Of a stretch of 64,000 nucleotides of DNA, positions 48,493 to 57,745 are shown piece after piece. Numbering within the stretch: the stretch's first letter is position 1; the number at the start of each line of letters is the position of its first letter. A program made the translations under genes and the position numbers. Source of the DNA: an uncultured Anaerolineales bacterium (GTDB taxonomy: Bacteria; Chloroflexota; Anaerolineae; B4-G1; SLSP01); contig CAYTGR010000014.1 of assembly GCA_964437445.1 (NCBI GenBank), positions 3,812 to 67,811 on the forward strand. The letters are read 5' to 3'. The notes beneath the pieces are model-generated. The model was given only the letters and a program-made list of their open reading frames with translations. It did not search any database and had not been told where the DNA came from.

Positions 48493-49602
48493 TTAACGGT
48501 CCTGGACCAGGCGGTTGACCAGGGCCAACAACGCCTCCATAGTCACCGGCTTTTCCAGGTAAAAATCAACGTCCAGCTCATTACAGAGCTCCCGATATTG
48601 AGCGTGGCCGGAGATGACGATCACCTGCACTTCGTTCTGTCGGAAGGTCATGAGCTGCTCCTGCAACAAATCGGTGCCCCGCTCATTGCCGAGGTGAATG
48701 TCGCACACAAAAACATCAAAGCGATGCTGAGCCAACAAACTGCGCGCGGCCTGCAGCGTAGTCGCCAGGCTAACCTGATATCCGGCTTTGGAAAAAGCCT
48801 TCCCGTAAAGCCGCTGGAGCGATTCGTCGTCTTCCAATACCAGAACCCGCCAGTGTTTCAAGTTTGCCAGGGCCTGGCAAAGGGTTGCAGCGGACTCGGG
48901 CCGATGGACGAGATCGCTCAACGTCAGGCTACCCAAGGCGCGCAGCTGGCCCAAGAGCTCCGGGGATTCAGGAGGATTCAACAAGACGATGCGCGTTGGC
49001 GGGCTGAGCTGGTGCGCCCGCCGGATGAAATCCAGCCCATTGAGGGACCCGATGTGCATCCCGGTGACAATCCAGTCAAACTGCTCCCGCCTGAGGCTAT
49101 TCAACGCTTCATCCAACAACATCGTGATTTTAACGTAATGTTCTTTGCTTAGCGCCTGGTAGAGCGTGATAGCCTCTTGGGGATCATCTTCTATGATCAA
49201 GACCTGTTGCCGTTTAACCTGGGTTGAAACCGGCGGTAATAACGCCTCCAAAGCTGCCTCGCGGATTTCCGCAATATCCAGGGGCTTCTGTAAGCAGCGT
49301 TGCACCGCCAGGCGCTGGGCGTCGGCGTCACGCCGGCCATAGGCGGTCATCCAGATCACTCTGGTCTCCGGTGCCACTCCCCGGATGGCTTCCGTCAAGG
49401 CCACCCCATCCATCCCTGGCATCCGCAAATCGGTAATGATCAGATCAAACGGAGCCGCACGGAACTTCTCCAGCGCTTCCTGGCCGTCCCGTGCGGTGAC
49501 AACCTCGTAATCGGCACCCAGCTTCATCAAGCTCCCGTTAACGACAAAAAGCACTCTTTCGTCATCATCAACAGCCAAAATTCGTTTTGGGGCGCTCATC
49601 AA
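48493..49602 (-). CDS. Triple-REC protein (three tandem receiver domains, the middle one degenerate)
   Basis: REC1 is ILAVDDDERV…ITDLRMPGMDG…MTAY. REC2 is LIIEDD… and lacks the canonical DxxD…D. REC3 is VLVLEDDESL…VCDIHLGNERG…ISGH. Confidence 0.75.
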   Translation of the reverse strand: MMSAPKRILAVDDDERVLFVVNGSLMKLGADYEVVTARDGQEALEKFRAAPFDLIITDLRMPGMDGVALTEAIRGVAPETRVIWMTAYGRRDADAQRLAVQRCLQKPLDIAEIREAALEALLPPVSTQVKRQQVLIIEDDPQEAITLYQALSKEHYVKITMLLDEALNSLRREQFDWIVTGMHIGSLNGLDFIRRAHQLSPPTRIVLLNPPESPELLGQLRALGSLTLSDLVHRPESAATLCQALANLKHWRVLVLEDDESLQRLYGKAFSKAGYQVSLATTLQAARSLLAQHRFDVFVCDIHLGNERGTDLLQEQLMTFRQNEVQVIVISGHAQYRELCNELDVDFYLEKPVTMEALLALVNRLVQDR

Positions 49603-49749
49603 TGTGTTTCCTCATGTAACTCACGCCAATACAGCCCTTGAAGCCAGGGCGACCTCTTACTATTTTAAAACAAAAACCCGCCCTAACGGTGATGCAGACT
49701 GTTAGGGCCGGGTTGAATTGGAGCAGGGAATCGTTAGGGTTTGGTTGGC

Positions 49750-50496
49750 TCAGGTTTGTCCGACCCCCTTAGCAACCGGCGAGGCCGGTGCGCCAGCCGC
49801 CCGGAACATGTAGCCGACTCCCCGTACATTGAGCAGGAATTGGGGATTGGCCGGATCAGGTTCCACTTTGCGCCGCAAACCGTAGACATACCACTTGACG
49901 ATGTCCCGCGCCTCCTGCTCGTGCAAGTCGGTGTACCCCTGCACCGCTTGCGCCAGTTCCGCGGGTGCCAGCACCTTCTCATTATGTTGCAGCAGATAGA
50001 CCAGCAGCCGAAACTCGGCCGGGGTCAGCTCCAATAACCGCCCGGCCAACCGCACCTCGTGCTTCTCCAGGTCGGCCTGGAAAAGGCCCTCCTGGAGCAG
50101 CGGCATTTCGCGGGCGGCGGTGCCGGCCAGCCGCCGGCGCCGGCCCTGAGCCTCACGCACGGCCTGACTGAGCTGTTCACGGCTCACCGGCTTTTTCAGG
50201 TAGCCGTCCACCCCTTCCTGGATAGCCGCCATGGCCGATTCCAGCGAAGCGTAGGCGGTGAGGATGATCACCACGGTCTCCGGCCAGCGCCAGCGGACCT
50301 TCTGCAGCAAGTCCTGACCATCCACCCGCCCCCCCAACCGCAAATCCACCACCAGCACGTCAAAGAAAGTGTCCCGTAGCAGTTCCAGCGCCTCTTCACC
50401 GCTGGCGGCAGTCACTGTCTGGTAGCCCTCTGTCTCCAGAATTTGGGCCAGCGTCAGCCGGATGTTTTTCTCATCGTCCACCACCAGGGCTCGCAT
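49750..50496 (-). CDS. OmpR/PhoB-family response regulator (REC + winged-helix Trans_reg_C)
   Basis: ORF trimmed to MRALVVDDEKNIR. VVDLRLGG…LTAY precedes a C-terminal wHTH (LTPAEFRLLVYLLQH…VYGLRRKVE…VRGVGY). Confidence 0.85.
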   Translation of the reverse strand: MRALVVDDEKNIRLTLAQILETEGYQTVTAASGEEALELLRDTFFDVLVVDLRLGGRVDGQDLLQKVRWRWPETVVIILTAYASLESAMAAIQEGVDGYLKKPVSREQLSQAVREAQGRRRRLAGTAAREMPLLQEGLFQADLEKHEVRLAGRLLELTPAEFRLLVYLLQHNEKVLAPAELAQAVQGYTDLHEQEARDIVKWYVYGLRRKVEPDPANPQFLLNVRGVGYMFRAAGAPASPVAKGVGQT

Positions 50497-50550
50497 AGCA
50501 TCAGCCACCTACGTTCCTCCTTGCTTGTTAAGTTTGTTAAGGTAGTAACG

Positions 50551-50590
50551 GGTGAGCAGTGAATAGTGAGCAGTGAGTGGTGAGTAGTTT
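50551..50590. repeat. GTGAGCAGTGAATAGTGAGC-family repeat, copy 2, with an inverted partial copy at 50688-50709
   Basis: Read from the sequence. Confidence 0.7.
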
Positions 50591-50803
50591 GGAGGTGGCG
50601 AACTCTGTACTGCTCATAGTTCTCCTCATAAAATATAGAAACCAGTTAAGGGGTGAGCAGAAAGCAACCGGTAGAAATTCCTGTTTCCTGCTCACCGCTC
50701 ACGGCTCACATTTTCATCCCACGGCTGGTAAACGCCCGTTCATGGGGAATTCCCCTGAAAGCCAGATTTAACACAAAAACGCGGAGGCCGCAGAGTCCTC
50801 TTC

Positions 50804-50838
50804 TTCGCCATTCGCCATTCGCCATTCGCTATTCGCTA
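50804..50838. repeat. Heptamer tandem repeat (TTCGCCA x3, TTCGCTA x2) immediately 3' of the MEDS-HK stop
   Basis: Read from the sequence. Confidence 0.8.
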
Positions 50839-50839
50839 T

Positions 50840-53800
50840 TCACCCAGGCCGGACCGGCAGCCAGACGATAAAGGTGCTCCCCTGCCCCGGCTGGCTCTCC
50901 ACTTCAATGCGCCCGCCATGCTGTTCCACAATCCCGGCGCTGATCGCTAACCCCAACCCGGTTCCCCCGGCTTTGGTGCTGTAAAAAGGTTCAAAGATGT
51001 GGGGCATCACCTCAGGCGCGATCCCGGTCCCCGTATCGCTAAACTGGACGGCGACACGCGGTGGGGCGGGGAGCAGCTGTGTCTTGATCTCCAACTGGCC
51101 GCCCTCAGGCATGGCAGCGACGGCGTTCAGCAGCAGATTCCAAAACACCTGCTTGACTCGCTCCGGCACAACCAACAGGGTGGGCAGGTCAGGGGCCGGC
51201 GACCAGACCAGCACGACACGATTATCACGGCAAAGTTTGTGGCTTAATTCCAACACCTCTTCCACCAGTTGGTTGATGTCGGCCGGCTCTTTTTCTTCGG
51301 ATTCCGGGCGGTAGAGATCGCCCATCCGGGCCACAATGCGGGCGATACGCCGCACTTCTTCAGCGGCGATCTGCAGGTAGGGACCGGCCGGCTGACCTTC
51401 CAACAACGCCTCCTGGGCCAACCCCAGACCGCCCAGGATAGATTGTAGCGGGTTGTTGATCTCATGAGCCACTGAAGCAGCCAGCCGGCCGGCCAGCGCC
51501 AGCCGCTCCACCCGGATCAGATCCTGCTCCAGCTGCTTACGCTGGGTGATATCCCGCGCAATCCCGCTGATGGCTGTCACCGCGCCCAGCTCGTCTTTGA
51601 TCGGGGAGAAGGAGACAGAGAGATAAAGCCGCTCTTCCGGCAACTCCAAGGCCCATTCAAACGTACAAGGGGCCCCCGTCTCAATCACCTGGCGGCTCTT
51701 GAGCCGATAGACCGCCAGAGAGTCAGGCGGCAATGCTTCCACCACCGGCCGCCCCAACATGTTGGTCGCGGACCAGCCGTAACGCTCCGGCACGTGCAAG
51801 AAGGTAAATCGCTCTTCCGGCAAACCGATCATGAAAATAAGATCGTCCGCCGAGGCAATGAGCGCACTCAACCGCTGTTCAGAGGCACGCAACGCCTCTT
51901 CCATCCACCGGCGCTCAGTGATGTCTTGCGCCGCGCCTAAGATCCGTACCACCTGCCGGCCGCTGGCATCCCAAACCGGGCGTTCGTGCTGGCGCAGCCA
52001 GCGAAGCTCGCCCTGCCTGGTGATGATCCGGAACTGGCTGACCTGTTGCTGACCGGCCAACAACAGCTGGAGATTCAGATGTAGGATAGGCAGGTCGTCA
52101 GGGGCCACCAGGGCCGCCAGCCCCCCCGCCGCTTCCAGTTCGTCCGGCGTGTAACCGGTGATCCGGGTAAAAGCATCCGTCACCCATTCAAAGTGCAGAT
52201 GGCCTTCAGCATCTACCGTCAGGGCATAAGCATAATCCGAAGTCAACTCTGAGACCGCCTGATATTGCTGCCGGGAGTAGCGCAGGGCCTGTTCCATCCG
52301 CCGCTGTTCGGTGACATCCATCCCAATGCCGATCAGGTACTCCGGCACTCCCTGGGCATCCCGCAACACCGTATCAGACCAGGCAATGAGACGGCGACTA
52401 CCGTCGCGCAGCAGACAATCGTTCTCATGGTATTGCGGGGCCGCCCCGGCCAGCAGATCGGCAAACCGCTCTTTGACCAGTTCTTGCTGTTCCGGCGGGA
52501 CCAGTACCTCCCAGAAACAACGCCCTTGCAATTCGGCGGTTGTCCAGCCGGTCATCTGCTCGTTGGTCCGGTTCAGACGCACCACCCGGCCCTGCCGATC
52601 TATCACGTCCAGCAAAACGCCAGCGCTGTCCAGCACGGCCGCGGTAAAGTCACGTTCCTGTCGCAGGGTTTCTTCCATTTGCCGGCGGTCGGTAATATCT
52701 TCCCCGATGCTGGCAACAGCGGTGATCCGCCCCTGCGGATCGCGTAACACGGCATTGTTCCAGGCAGTCAGCCGGCGTTCTCCGGCCCGGGTTACAATGG
52801 CATTCTCATAATAGGGCGGGATGATCCCCTCTGCCAGGCCTTGGCGGAACATTGCTCTCACCGTTTCACGTTGGTCGGCGGGCACAAAATAATCAAACCA
52901 GTTACACCCGCTGACTTCCTCCCATTGCCAGCCGGTCAGCTCCAGCACGAACTGATTGCAAAAAGTAAGCCCCCCTTCCTCGTCCAGGATCACCGCCGCC
53001 ATCCGCACGTTATCTAACAGCTTGCGGAAACGCTGCTCCGAGGCCCGGCGCGCTTCCTCGGCCCGCTTGCGTTCGGTGATGTCGGTCAACACCGAGAGGA
53101 GTCCCACCACCCGATCGCCCTCTAACAAAGGCTGGGCACTGACCAAAACAGAGATTTTGTCACCCCCTGTCGTCACCAGTTCCACCTCATCCTGGCTGGC
53201 AACGCCAGGCCGGTGAGGGAGAACTTCCGCCGCCCCCGGAGCGCGGGATTCCGGCGCTAAGAGCTGGCCCCAGGAACGCCCCCTGAGCGCCTCCGGCGTT
53301 GTGCCGAGCATGGCCGCGGCACTGGCATTAGCAAAGGTAATGTGCCCCCCGGCATCCTCCAGGATGATCCCCTCCTGCATCCCCTGGACAATGGTCTCAT
53401 TGAAGGCACGCAGCCGTTCGGTCTCCTGGTAGAGACGCGCGTTTTCCACCGCGGACGCGGCCGCGGCGGCCAGCGGCTCAATCGCCTCCAGGTCCTCCCC
53501 ACTGAAGCGAGCCAGTTCAGTATCCAACGCCTCCAGCACTCCGATGACGCGCCCGTGAACCCGCAACGGTACGCTCAGAATGGAGCGCATGATTAATCCC
53601 ACCTGCCGGTCGACACCCATAAAGTGGCGGCCATCCTGCACAGCGTCGGAAACGATCAGCCCCTCATTGTGCTGAAGTGTCCACCCCACCAGTCCCTGAC
53701 CAGGCTTCAGCCGCCAGCCGATCACCTGTTCATAACCGTAGCCGGTCGCCTGGCGACAAACCGCCTCGCCAGTCTGCGGATCAACCAGCCAGACCGAGCA

Positions 53801-55348
53801 GGCTACCACATGGAGCAGGCGGCGGGTCTCCTCCAGCATCGTCACCAGCACCCGATCCAGATCCAGCGTGGAATTAAGCGCCTGACCAGCCCGGTTAAGC
53901 AATGTCAAGAGCTGATTCTGGCGTGTAATCTTTGCTTCAGCAACTTTCCGCTCGGTGACATCTATCACCACCAGCTGTAAGGCCGGCCGGCCGTGGTAGG
54001 TTGCCCGCACAATAAAATGCTCCAGCCAGTGTTCCTTTCCCTGGCGATCCAGCACACGATATTCCTGGTGCAAGAACGGGAGGTGGCCAGCCAGACAGGC
54101 TTCCATCTTCTCAAGCACAGCGGGCCGGTCAGCCGGGTGAATCATGGCCGCAATTTCATCCCCGCTCAGGGCCGTCAAAGTGTCCACCGTATACCCTAAC
54201 AGATCGGCGAAGACGGTGTTGGCAAAGACAATGCGCTCATTCTGGAGAATAGCCAGTCCTTGCAGAGAATGATCCACGAGCAAGCGATACCGCTCTTCGG
54301 CCCATTGGCGCTTGGTGCTGTCCCGGTTGCTGGCCCGGCGTCCCAACCACCGGCCATCCCGCCCGTAGACCGGCTGACATTTGTGCTCAATCCACCGCTC
54401 TTCGCCATCGCGCGCGATAATCCGGAAATCCAGGCTGCCGACGTCAGTCAGCTGGAGCTCGGCGAACAGATGGTCAGCGACGCGGGCCCGGTCATCGGGA
54501 TGAACAATGGCCTCCAGCAGGCCGGGGTCGCGCATGAATTCTTCGGCCCGGTAGCCCGTCGTGCGTTCACAGGCCGGCGAAACGTAGTGAAAGCGGCCAT
54601 CCACGCCGGTCCAATATTCCCAGTCGTAATCAAATTCCACGGCCAGCCGGAACTGTTCTTCGCTGGCCTGCAGCGCATCTTCCAATTGTTGCTGCGCGAC
54701 GAGGCTCTGAAGCCATTGTTGCAGGTTGAGAGCTGCCTGGTCCTGATCCGCCAAACGTTCCGGCGGGACATAACCGACATTCTCGTAGACGGTGGAATCC
54801 AGCACTAACCAGGGGTGAACCCGTAGCCGATCCAGCAGCCAGGCCGGATCAAAACGGCGGCGGTCATAGAGGCACACGATCAAACCGGTCCCCTCAGCGG
54901 CGAGCTCATGCCAGCGAGCCTCCGCCGCCAGTCCGGCAGCCGTGTTCAGCCGCTCACCCACGGGTGCTTCAGCAATCACCCGCAAGGCCAGATAATTCCC
55001 AGCTGCCACCTGGGCCGTCGCGGTACGCAGCCAGTCCGGCAACTCGTGGGGCTCAGCGCCGCCGGACACACCCTCAACCGCATCCGCGATCAACACCAGC
55101 TGGCCGTTGCGCAGGGCCGGCTCATAGGCCACGTCCGCAGCACGCAACACCTGCAGCAGCACCTCCCCCTGACCGGGTGCGGCCAGGTGGATCACCAGTT
55201 CGCCCTGTTCCAGGCCCTGGCGCACCAGCAGAGGCACCACCGTCCCATACGCCTCGTCCGTTTCATACAAAAAACAGGCGTGGTCGCCCGCTCGCAGCTC
55301 GGCCACAGATCGGCCTCCGGTAGCGGTCATAGCACCTCCCCATCCCAT
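50840..55348 (-). CDS. MEDS-domain–multi-PAS–GAF sensor histidine kinase (1502 aa)
   Basis: The N-terminal ~190 aa resemble a MEDS domain (GDHACFLYETDEAY…). They are followed by about 8 PAS/PAC domains, one GAF (LDRVLVTMLEETRRLL…), HisKA (SVAHEINNPLQSI) and HATPase_c (DTGTGI…GTGLGLAIS). No REC domain. Confidence 0.8.
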   Translation of the reverse strand: MGWGGAMTATGGRSVAELRAGDHACFLYETDEAYGTVVPLLVRQGLEQGELVIHLAAPGQGEVLLQVLRAADVAYEPALRNGQLVLIADAVEGVSGGAEPHELPDWLRTATAQVAAGNYLALRVIAEAPVGERLNTAAGLAAEARWHELAAEGTGLIVCLYDRRRFDPAWLLDRLRVHPWLVLDSTVYENVGYVPPERLADQDQAALNLQQWLQSLVAQQQLEDALQASEEQFRLAVEFDYDWEYWTGVDGRFHYVSPACERTTGYRAEEFMRDPGLLEAIVHPDDRARVADHLFAELQLTDVGSLDFRIIARDGEERWIEHKCQPVYGRDGRWLGRRASNRDSTKRQWAEERYRLLVDHSLQGLAILQNERIVFANTVFADLLGYTVDTLTALSGDEIAAMIHPADRPAVLEKMEACLAGHLPFLHQEYRVLDRQGKEHWLEHFIVRATYHGRPALQLVVIDVTERKVAEAKITRQNQLLTLLNRAGQALNSTLDLDRVLVTMLEETRRLLHVVACSVWLVDPQTGEAVCRQATGYGYEQVIGWRLKPGQGLVGWTLQHNEGLIVSDAVQDGRHFMGVDRQVGLIMRSILSVPLRVHGRVIGVLEALDTELARFSGEDLEAIEPLAAAAASAVENARLYQETERLRAFNETIVQGMQEGIILEDAGGHITFANASAAAMLGTTPEALRGRSWGQLLAPESRAPGAAEVLPHRPGVASQDEVELVTTGGDKISVLVSAQPLLEGDRVVGLLSVLTDITERKRAEEARRASEQRFRKLLDNVRMAAVILDEEGGLTFCNQFVLELTGWQWEEVSGCNWFDYFVPADQRETVRAMFRQGLAEGIIPPYYENAIVTRAGERRLTAWNNAVLRDPQGRITAVASIGEDITDRRQMEETLRQERDFTAAVLDSAGVLLDVIDRQGRVVRLNRTNEQMTGWTTAELQGRCFWEVLVPPEQQELVKERFADLLAGAAPQYHENDCLLRDGSRRLIAWSDTVLRDAQGVPEYLIGIGMDVTEQRRMEQALRYSRQQYQAVSELTSDYAYALTVDAEGHLHFEWVTDAFTRITGYTPDELEAAGGLAALVAPDDLPILHLNLQLLLAGQQQVSQFRIITRQGELRWLRQHERPVWDASGRQVVRILGAAQDITERRWMEEALRASEQRLSALIASADDLIFMIGLPEERFTFLHVPERYGWSATNMLGRPVVEALPPDSLAVYRLKSRQVIETGAPCTFEWALELPEERLYLSVSFSPIKDELGAVTAISGIARDITQRKQLEQDLIRVERLALAGRLAASVAHEINNPLQSILGGLGLAQEALLEGQPAGPYLQIAAEEVRRIARIVARMGDLYRPESEEKEPADINQLVEEVLELSHKLCRDNRVVLVWSPAPDLPTLLVVPERVKQVFWNLLLNAVAAMPEGGQLEIKTQLLPAPPRVAVQFSDTGTGIAPEVMPHIFEPFYSTKAGGTGLGLAISAGIVEQHGGRIEVESQPGQGSTFIVWLPVRPG

Positions 55349-55420
55349 ATGACCCTCAGAAATTCAACCACGACTGTCCTGAAAAAACTCACCGCCGAGG
55401 TCGTGGAGGACACAAAGTTT

Positions 55421-56182
55421 TCAAGCGAGTTCACTGATCAAGGTCAACGTCCGGCGTCCCGGAATCTGGCTGAAGGTTGCCGCCTGGCTGACCGCCCAGA
55501 GCGCGCCGTGCGGATCGGTCAGCCGGGTGCCGGCGACGGCGCTCAATCCATATTCCAACAACAACGGCGTCAAGGGAGCGGTGCCCCCCAACATGACGGC
55601 AAAAGCGTCAGGCCGCCAGAGCGGCCACAACCCCTCAAACGTGTGGTTGAGCAGAGCCGTCCCGGTGATGGCGACTACATCGGCCTGGGGCAGGATCACC
55701 GCCGCCTGGGAGGCGGGGAGGTCGCCCTCGCGGGGGTGGAGTTCCAGCACCCAGAGCTCCGCCGCCAGCTCGCGCAGGCGCGGCACAAAGGGGAAATGGC
55801 CCACCACGGCGATGCGGCGGCCGGCCCCCCGCTCGGCGATCACATCAGCCGCGTTGACCGCAAGGCAGGCCCGCTCGTCCACGTCCAACAGGGCATTGAC
55901 GGTCGCCATGCCGACACTGGCTTCCACGGGACTCTCCGACAAAAGGAGCGCCGCCAGGTCCGTGACCGGCAGCTCTTGCAGCCGCCCCGCCGCCGTGACG
56001 GGCAGGCGGCCGCCCCAATGGTGGCTGCCGGGATCATCCAGCTGGGTGGCCGAGATACCGGCCCGAAGTTCACCGTTGAGTTCCACAGCCACCACCGTGG
56101 AATGCGTCCCGATGCGTACGTCCACCGCTTGCGCCCCGGCGGCCGCTCCGGCCACCTGCGCCAAAAGTGCTTCCAGAACCAT
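55421..56182 (-). CDS. DUF364/DUF4213-like (putative metal-chelation Rossmann-like) protein
   Basis: 253 aa; weak family-level resemblance only. Confidence 0.4.
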   Translation of the reverse strand: MVLEALLAQVAGAAAGAQAVDVRIGTHSTVVAVELNGELRAGISATQLDDPGSHHWGGRLPVTAAGRLQELPVTDLAALLLSESPVEASVGMATVNALLDVDERACLAVNAADVIAERGAGRRIAVVGHFPFVPRLRELAAELWVLELHPREGDLPASQAAVILPQADVVAITGTALLNHTFEGLWPLWRPDAFAVMLGGTAPLTPLLLEYGLSAVAGTRLTDPHGALWAVSQAATFSQIPGRRTLTLISELA

Positions 56183-56270
56183 ACCGTGCTTCTCCTTGAA
56201 AAAAGTAGTAATTTCTCCGAAGATAACGGGGCGTTGAATCGCCAGCCTTTGCTGCCCCGCTTTGGTTCTT

Positions 56271-56310
56271 TGATTCGTTGATTCCCCGATTCGCCGATTC
56301 TCTGATTCAT
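56271..56310. repeat. Octamer tandem repeat ([TC]GATTCNN x5), followed by a TATAAT box at 56314-56319
   Basis: Read from the sequence. Confidence 0.7.
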
Positions 56311-56326
56311 ATTATAATCTGACTCC

Positions 56327-56908
56327 ATGAAACTGCTACTGACACGCCATGGACAATCACGCTGGCAGGTAGAAGGCGACAGCGCCGGCCCGAACGCCCC
56401 CCTGACCGCTTTGGGGCGCTTACAGGCCCACCGGCTGGGCGCCTACCTCCAGCACCACGAACAGATAGAGCGCATCGTCGCCAGCCCACTGCTGCGCGCC
56501 CAACAGACCGCCACCATCATCGCCACCTACCTGGCGCTACCGGTGTTCACCGATCCCGACCTGCGCGAATATGATGACTGGGAAGCCGGCTATGCCCCCC
56601 GTCCCACCTCCCCCTGGGATCTGACGCCGGCGGAGGAGCAGGCCGAGGTCTATTGTGCCTTCCGCGCGCGGGTGGTCGGAGCCGTGCAACGGGCGCTGGC
56701 CGCTGAGAACGGCAGCGACCCAACCGTGCTGATCGTCGCCCACGGCGGCACCCTGGGAACCCTGCTGCGCCATCTCTTCGGCGCGGCCACGCTGCGCCTG
56801 TGGACTTCCAACACCGGGCTCCATGCCCTGGACTGGAATGGTGAATTCTGGTCGGCCCACTACCTCAACTGGCAGGAGCACCTGCCGTTTTACTTGCGGA
56901 GTTCGTGA
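56327..56908 (+). CDS. Histidine phosphatase superfamily protein (phosphoglycerate-mutase-like)
   Basis: The N-terminal catalytic LTRHGQS…W motif is present, with a second His in VAHGGTL. Confidence 0.75.
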   Translation: MKLLLTRHGQSRWQVEGDSAGPNAPLTALGRLQAHRLGAYLQHHEQIERIVASPLLRAQQTATIIATYLALPVFTDPDLREYDDWEAGYAPRPTSPWDLTPAEEQAEVYCAFRARVVGAVQRALAAENGSDPTVLIVAHGGTLGTLLRHLFGAATLRLWTSNTGLHALDWNGEFWSAHYLNWQEHLPFYLRSS

Positions 56909-56911
56909 GTC

Positions 56912-57745
56912 ATGGACCGGCCGACGTCTCCCCCGCCGTTTCCCCGGGCCTGGGCCTGGAGCGGCCTGCTCCTGGCACTGATCGCCGTCGCGGTTTTTGT
57001 TTTCGCACTGCCGCCCTCATTCTTGGGCCACCTGGATTACATAGGCGCGGCGGTCTGCCACCGCCTGCCGGAACACTCCTTCTTCCTCGGCGGCGAGCAG
57101 CTCCCCCTCTGTCAACGTTGCACAGGGACCTTCCCTGGGGCATTGACCGGGCTGCTGCTCCAGTGGGGTGTGCTGCGGCGTCGGCGGGCCGCGCGCTTCC
57201 CGGCGCTCTGGGTTTGGGGCGTGGTGATCCTCTGTGTCGGCCTCTTCGGGCTGGATGGGATCAATTCTTACACCACCCTGCTCACCGGCAACGCCCGCGG
57301 CCTGCTGGGGTATGCCCCCCAGCCCTGGCTGCGCCTGTTGACCGGCACGCTGACGGGGCTTTCCATGAGCATCGTGCTGGTGCCGGCCTTTAACCAGACG
57401 TTGTGGCGCGACAACGACCCAGAGGTGCGCACTCTGCGCAATGCGGGCGATCTGGCCGTGCTGGTGGGAGTGGAGCTGGCCCAGGCGGCGGTGATCTACT
57501 CCTTAGAACCCTGGCTGCTCTACCCCATCGCGCTTTACAGTACGCTGGGGGTGGTCGCGATGTTCGTTCTACTGGGCGCGATGGTTTTTGTGATGGCCCT
57601 GGGACGCGATGCCAGCTGCGCCGGTTGGCGTGAGGCGGCCGTCCCGTTCCTGTGGGGCGTCGTCTTTGCCGCGCTGCTCATCGGCGGGATGGACTTCTTC
57701 CGGCTCTGGCTGACCGGGACGCTGGTCGGGGTGCCGGGGCTATAA
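56912..57745 (+). CDS. DUF2085 family membrane protein
   Basis: The CHRLPEHSF…G..LPLCQRCTG motif is followed by several TM helices. Confidence 0.55.
   Translation: MDRPTSPPPFPRAWAWSGLLLALIAVAVFVFALPPSFLGHLDYIGAAVCHRLPEHSFFLGGEQLPLCQRCTGTFPGALTGLLLQWGVLRRRRAARFPALWVWGVVILCVGLFGLDGINSYTTLLTGNARGLLGYAPQPWLRLLTGTLTGLSMSIVLVPAFNQTLWRDNDPEVRTLRNAGDLAVLVGVELAQAAVIYSLEPWLLYPIALYSTLGVVAMFVLLGAMVFVMALGRDASCAGWREAAVPFLWGVVFAALLIGGMDFFRLWLTGTLVGVPGL

Noticed and set aside
54908-56281. 457-aa plus-strand ORF
   Set aside because: It spans the kinase 5' end and the DUF364 gene on the opposite strand and has no domains, so it is a GC-frame artefact.
56311-56330. TATAAT box 7 nt upstream of the histidine-phosphatase ATG, read as a promoter
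   Set aside because: It is too close to the start codon for a normal leader. It may be a leaderless-mRNA promoter or coincidental, so it was not called as a feature.
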